Shown here in pieces: positions 23,017 to 29,171 of a stretch of DNA of 29,171 nt; position 1 is the first letter of the stretch; every line of letters starts with the position of its first letter. A model generated the notes under the pieces. The model saw nothing but the letters and a program-made list of their open reading frames with translations, did no database searches and was not told the origin of the DNA. Made by a program: the position numbers and the translations under genes. Origin of the DNA: a virus; IMG/VR virus record IMGVR_UViG_3300045988_155594, positions 1 through 29,171 of that record. One strand, given 5' to 3'.

Positions 23017-24674
23017 TAATTCACCTTCCTTTTCTTGTTTTCAAGGCGGTACTTGAATGTATCCCACCATTTTTGTCTTACTGTATATGCATCAATAACA
23101 GATGCATACCCATCAATATGTTTTCTTGGATCAGTTTTAATCATGCGTACACGATTGTCCTCCGCAACTTTCTTTAATGCCACACTAGACATATGTGCTT
23201 GTAAAAGTCCATTTGTTCCTGTATGAACAAATCCATCTCTTACGTATCCCGTAAATTCATTAATAACCGGTGTAAGGTTAGTACCCTGAATGACATCATC
23301 CATCTTGTATCCGTATTTCTTCATATCATCCACAAGATACTGAGCCGAATAACGGTCATATCCAACGACCACACAATAGATCTTGTATTTCTTACGTAGC
23401 ATTTCAAACCATTCCGTAACATCTTCATACCGTACAAAGTTTTCCCCACTTGGGCTTAAATATCCCAATTGAATAAACTTCGTATATGGTATTTTGTCTC
23501 TTTCTTCTAGCTCCTTGATTTTTAATGTTGGAAGCCAAAAATGAGTAAATATGTAGTCCTGTTCTTGAATTCGTATAACAACAGATGCGGCTGTTAAATC
23601 GGTTGTTTGTGACAAATCAATTCCACCAACTGCATATGTATGTGCAAAATCTTCAAATCTAAGTTCTTCACCTTTAACTTTGTTAATATCTTCTGCACTA
23701 AATAATGCTTCTGTTGAATTCTGTTTGATATTCGCATATTTTGTTATAAACTCCGCCTTATATGTAGGTGAGCTATGTGCTTTTAAAATTTCATTCTGCA
23801 AATATTCATAAGAAACCGATATCCCAAGGTTTGGCATTGCTTTTCTTAATTCAATAGGATCATCCCATTTTTGAATATCATCAATCATATAAAAGAAAGG
23901 CAACATTTGTTTTTCATCAGACGTACCAAGTAAAACAGATGTTCCACGAACAAATAGTTCATCATATAATCCTTCATCAATATAGTTTGCGGTACTTACA
24001 GGAATATAAAGTGGATCTGGTCTTGCACCACCTGCCGACAACATAACGTTGTACATTTTCATACCCGCTTCACCTTCCCAGGCTGCAAACTCATCAAAGA
24101 TTGTCAAATATGGGTTGAATCCGTCTGACTTTTTAGATGCAAAGGCAATTGGCTCCCATCTACAGTTGTTCTGTTTCATGTAGATATCTGTTCTACGTTT
24201 TTTTACTCTTTGACTCAATGCTTTAGAGTGTTCCATCATTTGATACAGAACATTGTAAATGATCTGCGCTTGTTTTAACTTTGGCGCTATATTGTATATC
24301 TGCATACCTGCTTCATCAGATGTAAATCCAACATCAAGTTCAATACCTGCACAAAGAAATGATTTTCCTTGTTTTCGGCCCATGACCGTAGGTATTTCAC
24401 GAAACTGCCTTTTTCCATTCTTATCAACAAGTCCGAATATGCACGCAATATAGTATTTTTGCCAAGGCTCAAGCTTCACTTTTGTTGTTTTTCCTTCTAC
24501 GTGATGACAAAACGTTTCAATAAACGCTATATGCATTTCCGCTTTTTTCTCATCATAGAAGAAATCTCCATTTGCTAAACCTCTTTCAACATATTGAAGA
24601 TTAAGCTTTATCCACTTACCGACTACATCTTCACCCGATTTAATACGTTCTTTATAAATGTCTAGATATTTCAT
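23016..24674 (-). CDS. terL: Terminase large subunit (Terminase_1 type)
   Basis: 552 aa. A Walker-A-like MGRKQGKS is present, with an acidic DEFAAWEG (Walker B/coupling) motif. The C-terminal half is nuclease-like. ATGA overlap with terS. Confidence 0.93.
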   Translation of the reverse strand: MKYLDIYKERIKSGEDVVGKWIKLNLQYVERGLANGDFFYDEKKAEMHIAFIETFCHHVEGKTTKVKLEPWQKYYIACIFGLVDKNGKRQFREIPTVMGRKQGKSFLCAGIELDVGFTSDEAGMQIYNIAPKLKQAQIIYNVLYQMMEHSKALSQRVKKRRTDIYMKQNNCRWEPIAFASKKSDGFNPYLTIFDEFAAWEGEAGMKMYNVMLSAGGARPDPLYIPVSTANYIDEGLYDELFVRGTSVLLGTSDEKQMLPFFYMIDDIQKWDDPIELRKAMPNLGISVSYEYLQNEILKAHSSPTYKAEFITKYANIKQNSTEALFSAEDINKVKGEELRFEDFAHTYAVGGIDLSQTTDLTAASVVIRIQEQDYIFTHFWLPTLKIKELEERDKIPYTKFIQLGYLSPSGENFVRYEDVTEWFEMLRKKYKIYCVVVGYDRYSAQYLVDDMKKYGYKMDDVIQGTNLTPVINEFTGYVRDGFVHTGTNGLLQAHMSSVALKKVAEDNRVRMIKTDPRKHIDGYASVIDAYTVRQKWWDTFKYRLENKKRKVN

Positions 24675-25045
24675 TTAAATCTGCTCATGAACTCATCCAA
24701 TTCATCACCCTTTTTTCCGGATACTTCTGTTGTTTTTGAAAGTGAAGTAGGTGACAAGCCAAGTTCTTTGCAGTATTTCATGATCTGATCACGTAATTGA
24801 ACGGTAATAATGTAGTATGGTGAGCGTGATAAATTCGTTGCACCACCCTTGTTCGTATATTCAACAACCATCTGTAGTGATTTGTAGCCATTTGCTTTAC
24901 TCGAATCTCTCCATTGTTTCATTGTTGAATCATATTGGGCCAATGCATCTGCGAGTGAATCAATCGCAACCGAATATTCAGGGGAATATGTACCTAAATT
25001 TTCTAGTTGAGAATTTATTCTTTTTTTCCATGCTCCTTTTTGCAT
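24671..25045 (-). CDS. terS: Terminase small subunit (P27 family)
   Basis: 124 aa with GGGAGG 7 nt upstream. The C-terminal pattern CKELGLSPTSLSK is typical of P27-type TerS. It lies directly upstream of terL. Confidence 0.85.
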   Translation of the reverse strand: MQKGAWKKRINSQLENLGTYSPEYSVAIDSLADALAQYDSTMKQWRDSSKANGYKSLQMVVEYTNKGGATNLSRSPYYIITVQLRDQIMKYCKELGLSPTSLSKTTEVSGKKGDELDEFMSRFK

Positions 25046-25446
25046 TCATCATCCTCCCTTCCACATCCTATAAGCATTCCGTTCTCATCAAATTCAAAAG
25101 ATGGTTTACGTTTGGAATGTTCTTCAGCATGGCATAAGTCACACAACGCTTCCAAATTAGAATCGCCAAATAGAATGTGTATATCTCTATAGTTATCCTG
25201 GTCAATGTGCACTTTGTGGTGTACGCAAGTTGACCTGGTATAGATACCTTTTTTTAAACATCTTTCACAAAGTGGGTGTACCTTTCTATACGCTTTGCTT
25301 TTCTTTTCCCAAGCTTTGCTTGAGTAAAATTTTCTAGCATAATTTCTAGCACCTGTTTTTGTTGCTTCTGAACCATAATATTTTTTCATATCGCTACATT
25401 CAAAGTTTTGACCATAACTACAGTTAACAGATTTAAAGGACGACAA
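25015..25446 (-). CDS. HNH endonuclease (cos-packaging accessory)
   Basis: YSSKAWEKKSKAYRK.HPLCERC...VHHKVHI...NLEALCDLCHAEEH motifs. The 5' end is uncertain: TTG at 25446 per the track, or ATG at 25389, and neither has a good SD. Confidence 0.85.
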   Translation of the reverse strand: MSSFKSVNCSYGQNFECSDMKKYYGSEATKTGARNYARKFYSSKAWEKKSKAYRKVHPLCERCLKKGIYTRSTCVHHKVHIDQDNYRDIHILFGDSNLEALCDLCHAEEHSKRKPSFEFDENGMLIGCGREDDECKKEHGKKE

Positions 25447-25607
25447 AAACTAACAGTAAATACTTTGAATGCAGTGATATGAAAAAGACCCATGTTTCCA
25501 CAGGTCTTTTTCAACGGGCACGAAATAATGAAACAATCCAAGAACTACCTTGTTTGTTCAGAAGATGTTTTCCAATCTTCACGACTACAGAATATCACGG
25601 TTTTTCT

Positions 25608-25625
25608 TTGTACACTGTACAAAAT
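25608..25625. promoter_or_regulatory. 18-nt near-palindrome TTGTACACTGTACAAAAT, copy 2, upstream of the late operon
   Basis: Identical to 3670-3687. It lies 160-230 nt upstream of the possible HNH start codons. Confidence 0.5.
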
Positions 25626-25639
25626 GAAGAAATCCAGAT

Positions 25640-25780
25640 TTTACCCCCTCTCATGCACCCATGACCCAGTTTTTTTGAACTCCCCACACCGTTCCCCGAA
25701 ACGCAAAAAACTTCCGAAAGATAGGGGGGTCTATGCTGATCTGATCCCAGCCCTAGGCGCTTTCAGGGTTAAAAATCAAA
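25640..25780. other. Candidate cos region (the GC-richest part of the non-coding block upstream of HNH/terS)
   Basis: C-tracts (ACCCCCTCTC at 25643-25652, CTCCCC, GTTCCCC) face an inverted G6 tract (GATAGGGGGGTC at 25720-25731). The HNH + P27 TerS + HK97 head combination is typical of cos-type packaging. The exact cut site cannot be read from sequence. Confidence 0.3.
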
Positions 25781-26043
25781 CCTATGCAGCTACCACCACA
25801 CAACCACGTTCACGGCTTCAATCATATGACATTCATATATTTATTATTGTGTTGAAAGATGTTTCAACATGACTTGTTGAAAGCGTATTTACACATCATA
25901 GCCATGACTACATTAATAGAACGCGTGCGCACGTTCTTATATATGCAATAAGTCTTGCATCACTCCAATACATTGAATCATGCGCACCCGTTCCATATGT
26001 TCAAGCGTGTTACTTGTCTTTCTGGAACTGAAGCAAACCCCAC

Positions 26044-26069
26044 AAAAAAAAGGACGTTCACAACGTCCA
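26044..26069 (-). terminator. Strong rho-independent terminator
   Basis: The minus-strand RNA reads GGACGUU-GUGA-AACGUCC (7 bp) followed by U8 (plus-strand A-run 26044-26051). Confidence 0.78.
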
Positions 26070-26282
26070 TACATGTATATATTTAATAGTCTGTTAACTA
26101 TATGTTATAAGACAAGAACCGAACACACCAAAAAGCCTTTTAAATAGGCGCTTGCGTGCACGTTTGCGAAACTAAAAGCTTTTTAAAAAAATGAGCGTAA
26201 AAAAATAAGTTTAGACATAAAAAAAGGGCGCTTACTCATAAACATAAAAGTCAATGAATAGCGTCACTAAATAAGCAAATAA

Positions 26283-26311
26283 ATTATAGCGTCGTTTGTT
26301 TAAATAATCAA
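26283..26311 (-). promoter_or_regulatory. Near-consensus sigma-A promoter pointing toward the cos/late operon
   Basis: The minus strand reads TTGATT (26311-26306), a 17-nt spacer, then TATAAT (26288-26283). It sits immediately downstream of the repressor-gene terminator. Confidence 0.55.
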
Positions 26312-26333
26312 GTCTAGGGGTGTAAACATAGAA

Positions 26334-26364
26334 GAAAAAAGACACGCAAAAATTGAGCGTGTCT
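26334..26364 (-). terminator. Terminator of the XRE-type gene
   Basis: AGACACGC (26340-26347) pairs with GCGTGTCT (26357-26364) around a 9-nt loop, overlapping the stop codon. The minus strand then reads UUUUUUCUUC. Confidence 0.7.
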
Positions 26365-26605
26365 AGTCTTTATTTTCTTGTATATCATTTATATTTAATT
26401 CAATTATTTTTTCTTTTGTTGCCTTGTCGATTATATTTATTTCCAACCCCATCCAATCGCATAACTTTATAAACTCACCTAAATTTATTCTATTGTTTGA
26501 AATCGTATTACTTAACGATTGACGTGTGCGATTTATATGTTTTGCGTATTCTATTTGTGTTTTGTTTCGCATCGTGAACAAAGCTTTTAGTTTCTCTTTT
26601 AACAT
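26363..26605 (-). CDS. XRE-family helix-turn-helix regulator (candidate immunity repressor)
   Basis: 80 aa. RNKTQIEYAKHINRTRQSLSNTISNNR is an HTH_3-like motif. The gene is divergently placed from the early operon across an operator-rich spacer. Confidence 0.8.
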   Translation of the reverse strand: MLKEKLKALFTMRNKTQIEYAKHINRTRQSLSNTISNNRINLGEFIKLCDWMGLEINIIDKATKEKIIELNINDIQENKD

Positions 26606-26631
26606 TTTTTTGCCGTCCTTTCTTTATATGT

Positions 26632-26660
26632 ATATTATCATATTTACTTTGTAAATTCAA
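26632..26660 (-). promoter_or_regulatory. Candidate promoter of the XRE-type gene
   Basis: The minus strand reads TTGAAT (26660-26655), a 17-nt spacer ending TGA (extended -10 TG), then TAATAT (26637-26632). Confidence 0.5.
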
Positions 26661-26733
26661 ATTATAACGTTGTAAATAAAAAATATTACATTTTATTATT
26701 GACAACGTAACATTTATGATGTACATTGTAAAT
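26646..26733. promoter_or_regulatory. Three direct operator-like repeats AC-N-TTGTAAAT
   Basis: ACTTTGTAAAT at 26646-26656, ACGTTGTAAAT at 26667-26677 and ACATTGTAAAT at 26723-26733. The first overlaps the minus promoter and the third overlaps the -10 of the plus promoter. Confidence 0.55.
26699..26727 (+). promoter_or_regulatory. Candidate early promoter
   Basis: Consensus TTGACA (26699-26704), a 17-nt spacer, then TACATT (26722-26727), about 45 nt upstream of the GTG at 26771. Confidence 0.55.
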
Positions 26734-26770
26734 GTCTTAAGAGACAAGCCACACGAAAGGAGGTGCAAAC

Positions 26771-26938
26771 GTGGCAAAGTATAAACGTAGCAAACCGATG
26801 AAACGTCGCGATAGAAAAAAGTGCGAAAAAAAAGAGCGCATGATTTCGTACCTATCCAAAACGTTCGAAATTATATACACGCTCTTAATCGGTGAAGCCC
26901 TCAAGCTTCTTGCTAAATATCTAAGTGACTTATTTTAG
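26771..26938 (+). CDS. Hypothetical 55-aa basic protein, first early ORF (below the ORF-track cut-off)
   Basis: GTG start with a GAAAGGAGGTG SD. My translation is MAKYKRSKPMKRRDRKKCEKKERMISYLSKTFEIIYTLLIGEALKLLAKYLSDLF. The 9-bp inverted repeat CTAAGTGAC/GTCACTTAG (26921-26946) spans the stop codon. Confidence 0.5.
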   Translation: MAKYKRSKPMKRRDRKKCEKKERMISYLSKTFEIIYTLLIGEALKLLAKYLSDLF

Positions 26939-27065
26939 TCACTTAGGTACTTATATTATACCACGTTTTAAAAAATGGAACTACTAAAAATAGCGTTATT
27001 ACTATCGTTAGCATTCAATGCATATCTTTTAAAAAAAATGATTGAAAAGTAAGGAGGTAAAGATT

Positions 27066-27566
27066 ATGTGTGAAATGAAAGCTTATATTACAAATTTAGG
27101 TAAATACAATGAGGGTTGTTTAGTTGGTAAATGGATTGATTTTCCTATCGATGAGGATGATTTTACAAGCGAACTTGAAAGCATTGGAGTGAAAGAAAAC
27201 ACAATGTATGAAGAGTGGTTTATCACTGATTATGATTGTTCATTGTTTGATATGTATGATGCATTTGGTGAATATCCAAACATTGACGATATTAATGAAG
27301 TGGCTGAAGCATTAGAAGACAATGAAAGTGAATTCACTGCATTAATGGAAGTATGCAGCTATACGGATGCATTAAAATACTTAAAAAGTGAAAACTACAC
27401 TTTTTATGAAGGCATGACATTGGAAGATGTAGCTTATGAACTTGTAGAAGAATGTTATGAGCTTCCAGAAATTGCGCAAAGATATTTTGATTATAAAGCG
27501 TTCGCGCGTGATCTTGGCTATGATGGATATTGTGAAACTTCAACCGGAGTTATTTACACATGCTAA
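27066..27566 (+). CDS. ardA: Anti-restriction protein ArdA (DNA mimic)
   Basis: Start taken at ATG 27066 (AAGGAGG 8 nt upstream). The N-terminus YITNLGKYNEGCLVGKWIDFPIDEDD and the C-terminus YFDYKAFARDLGYDGYCETSTGVIY closely parallel Tn916-type ArdA as I recall it. The composition is very acidic. Confidence 0.85.
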   Translation: MCEMKAYITNLGKYNEGCLVGKWIDFPIDEDDFTSELESIGVKENTMYEEWFITDYDCSLFDMYDAFGEYPNIDDINEVAEALEDNESEFTALMEVCSYTDALKYLKSENYTFYEGMTLEDVAYELVEECYELPEIAQRYFDYKAFARDLGYDGYCETSTGVIYTC

Positions 27567-27709
27567 CACGTAAAAAACTTGACAATATGAGCGCCGTCCA
27601 GGTGCTCATACTTGCGTTGTTAAAATTATATTTAGCAGCGTGCACATCTACATTGATCATGGGTATAATATTGGGCCTTTTAAATATCATGTTACCACTT
27701 ATTTATTAA
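27560..27709 (+). CDS. Possible 49-aa hydrophobic membrane peptide
   Basis: The ATG overlaps the ardA 3' end. My translation is MLTRKKLDNMSAVQVLILALLKLYLAACTSTLIMGIILGLLNIMLPLIY. No separate SD, so translation would have to be coupled. Confidence 0.35.
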   Translation: MLTRKKLDNMSAVQVLILALLKLYLAACTSTLIMGIILGLLNIMLPLIY

Positions 27710-27726
27710 TTGCAGGAGGTTAAACA

Positions 27727-27999
27727 ATGGAACTTTTAGAAATTAAATTATTGCATAAATATGCAAGAATAAGATCATATATGAATGATCTTATTTCTGG
27801 TAATTTTGTTATATATGATTTTCTTTATGAATGTCTTGCGGATCATATTAAATCATTTATTTATGATCTTGCTTATATCGAAAATGAAAAAGTTATACGC
27901 GTTTATTATGATCAACTTTTAGTTGATTCTAAACAAGTAAGCAAAGAACTTTATACACTTGTTATAACTATTTTTGAAGATAATGAATGGAGGTTTTAA
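27727..27999 (+). CDS. Hypothetical early protein (90 aa)
   Basis: GCAGGAGG SD, open frame, no recognisable motif. Confidence 0.7.
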   Translation: MELLEIKLLHKYARIRSYMNDLISGNFVIYDFLYECLADHIKSFIYDLAYIENEKVIRVYYDQLLVDSKQVSKELYTLVITIFEDNEWRF

Positions 28000-28001
28000 A
28001 A

Positions 28002-28232
28002 ATGAATAATAAAGAATATATTGAGTTTACAGAAAAAAAACTAGATCGACTAAATGGATCTAGCTGCAAGCCTTACACAATTACAAAACATTTAAATGGT
28101 TTATATGATCTTAACTATGGTTTAGATACCATTGCATGGATGCTTGAACCGCGCGAGCTTTGGCTGCTTGTAAACACATTATATACATTGGATATTTTAG
28201 GAGGGCTAAAAAATGACAATGTGGAAGCGTGA
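28002..28232 (+). CDS. Hypothetical early protein (76 aa)
   Basis: Start taken at ATG 28002 (GGAGG 9 nt upstream) rather than the track start at 27987. Confidence 0.65.
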   Translation: MNNKEYIEFTEKKLDRLNGSSCKPYTITKHLNGLYDLNYGLDTIAWMLEPRELWLLVNTLYTLDILGGLKNDNVEA

Positions 28233-28791
28233 ACGAAACCATTTTAATTATTATGTTACAAACGAAAGAAAACAACCACACATTTATGTTGAAGCGTTAG
28301 GAACTCCAAGCGCTTCAACTGAAAAAGTTTTAAAAGATCATGGTTTTAAATTTGATCATAATAAATGTATGTATGCAGCAGCTCAAACAAATGACTTAAG
28401 GCTTTTTGTCGCTCATGATCTTGACAAGCTTTTCAATTATGATATTCAAATATATTTCAATACAGAAGCTAAAAAAGAACTTTTTGCGCCTGATATCCAA
28501 GAAATAAAAGATATCTGTTATTTCTTCAAAATTTATAAATGCTGTGTTGATATTTTAAACAAGGATCTTTTTAAAATCTGTAAACCAGGTTCAAAAAGCT
28601 TGCTAGCAACTTATAACACTAGCTTTAAAACTATAGATGTTTTTAATAGAAACAAGCTTATAGAAAGCTATGTGTATAATAATGGTAAAATCGAAAAAAT
28701 GAGCGTTGAAAAAGCTGCACCAAAAAAGAAGAAGAAAGCAGCACCAGAACAACAAAAGATCAATATGGAAGAGTTTGAGTTTCCGTTTTAG
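28213..28791 (+). CDS. Hypothetical early protein with a Lys/Pro linker and an acidic-aromatic C-terminal tip (EEFEFPF)
   Basis: AGGAGGG SD 7 nt upstream. 192 aa. The C-terminus reads KAAPKKKKKAAPEQQKINMEEFEFPF. Confidence 0.7.
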   Translation: MTMWKRERNHFNYYVTNERKQPHIYVEALGTPSASTEKVLKDHGFKFDHNKCMYAAAQTNDLRLFVAHDLDKLFNYDIQIYFNTEAKKELFAPDIQEIKDICYFFKIYKCCVDILNKDLFKICKPGSKSLLATYNTSFKTIDVFNRNKLIESYVYNNGKIEKMSVEKAAPKKKKKAAPEQQKINMEEFEFPF

Positions 28792-28804
28792 GAGGTAAAA
28801 ATAT

Positions 28805-29171
28805 ATGGGATATATTGGCAATAAAATGAGCGTGCGCGCTTATGAAGCTTATGAAAGTGGTGAAAAGCCACTTTCAAAATGGACTAAAAACGATATTATA
28901 GAATGCGTTTTAAATGTTAGAAATGACTTTCAAGAAAAAGAATTAAAAATTTATAGCAAAGAAGTTTTAAAAGCTTTTCTAATCTGTAGCTCTTGGCATC
29001 ATACGGGATCATATTTCAATGAAACTAATTTCTATAGTTTAGATCTTGATTTTATTGAACTATCAAAAATTGAAATAATCCAGGTACTTGAAAAGAAGAA
29101 AAAAGATCTTGAAAAAGAGAAAGAAGAAAAAAAGATTTTAAAACTTCAAAAATGCAAATTTAAATATATTG
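28805..29171 (+). CDS. Hypothetical early protein, 5' partial (runs off the window end)
   Basis: AGGAGG lies 9 nt upstream of ATG 28805. I read 122 codons with no stop (MGYIGNKMSVRAYEAYESGEKPLSKWTKNDII...). It is absent from the ORF track because no stop is reached. Confidence 0.7.
   Translation, partial: MGYIGNKMSVRAYEAYESGEKPLSKWTKNDIIECVLNVRNDFQEKELKIYSKEVLKAFLICSSWHHTGSYFNETNFYSLDLDFIELSKIEIIQVLEKKKKDLEKEKEEKKILKLQKCKFKYI

Noticed and set aside
25482-25511. The hairpin AAAAAGACC-N12-GGTCTTTTT between the TGTACA box and HNH, considered as a terminator
   Set aside because: The A/T runs are themselves the outer stem. If they pair, no U-tail remains; if they do not, only a 4-bp GC stem with a 12-nt loop is left. 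Function and direction are ambiguous, so I did not call it.
25479-25872. Two overlapping plus-strand ORFs (61 and 126 aa) in the region upstream of HNH
   Set aside because: They have no SD sequences and run antiparallel to every neighbouring gene. They cross hairpins, the TGTACA box and the GC-tract repeats, and their products have low-complexity or odd composition. The region is better explained as the cos/regulatory non-coding block.
26508-26777. 89-aa minus-strand ORF spanning the XRE gene 5' end and the operator/promoter spacer
   Set aside because: It overlaps the better-supported HTH ORF in another frame and reads through both predicted promoters. It has no SD.
27042-27065. The track's TTG start (MKSKEVKI...) for the ArdA ORF
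   Set aside because: The AAGGAGG motif lies inside this extension, 8 nt upstream of ATG 27066. ArdA homologues, as I recall them, begin close to the YI.NLG motif. The start was therefore moved to 27066.
1-29171. A whole-window look for CRISPR arrays, intact tRNA/rRNA genes, IS elements or transposases, reverse transcriptase/DGR template-variable repeat pairs, and recognisable toxin or defence-system enzymes
   Set aside because: I saw no regularly spaced direct repeats, no complete cloverleaf (only the 19-nt tRNA 3'-end mimic at 2048-2066), and no DDE or RT motifs. No long duplicated segment is visible in the tail-fibre genes, and no nuclease, ATPase or Sir2/TIR-like defence signatures appear beyond the packaging HNH. 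A scan by eye cannot exclude diverged elements.

Overview
This window covers most of a temperate, siphovirus-type phage or prophage with an HK97-like head and a long non-contractile tail. The host looks like a low-GC Firmicute: the DNA is AT-rich, AGGAGG-type ribosome-binding sites are strong, and many gene junctions are coupled through ATGA or TAATG overlaps.

Minus strand, read right to left:
- A small XRE-type repressor-like gene (26363-26605).
- About 0.9 kb of non-coding DNA holding a near-consensus promoter, a strong terminator and a probable cos region.
- HNH endonuclease, TerS (P27-like), TerL, portal, prohead protease and major capsid.
- Four head-tail joining genes, the major tail protein, and a G/GT tail chaperone with a poly-A -1 slip site.
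- A 1257-aa tape measure, Dit, Tal (with a ricin-type lectin insert), BppU-like baseplate proteins and a beta-helix tailspike.
- Two small membrane/coiled-coil proteins and a sigma70-region-4-only HTH protein with its own terminator.
- A separately terminated five-gene cargo operon of unknown function (3709-6043).
- Holin, amidase endolysin, an attP-like region and a tyrosine integrase.
- A block of apparently non-coding DNA that is richer in GC than its flanks and ends in a strong terminator (about 430-800).

Plus strand from about 26.7 kb: an early operon led by the anti-restriction protein ArdA, plus several small unknown ORFs.

I saw no rRNA, intact tRNA, CRISPR array, transposase or reverse transcriptase.

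The most interesting candidates are:
- The cargo cassette wedged into the lysis region. It encodes Q/N/M-rich proteins, a Cys-rich membrane protein with a YjcZ-like N-terminus, a BclA-C/C1q-like protein, and a neighbouring sigma-like regulator.
- An 18-nt near-palindrome shared by the region upstream of the late operon and the holin upstream region.
- A start-less open frame that extends the capsid gene through an A10 tract.
- A promoter-terminator pair upstream of the late genes, laid out like lambda pR'-tR'.

All family assignments come from reading motifs by eye. No database search was run.
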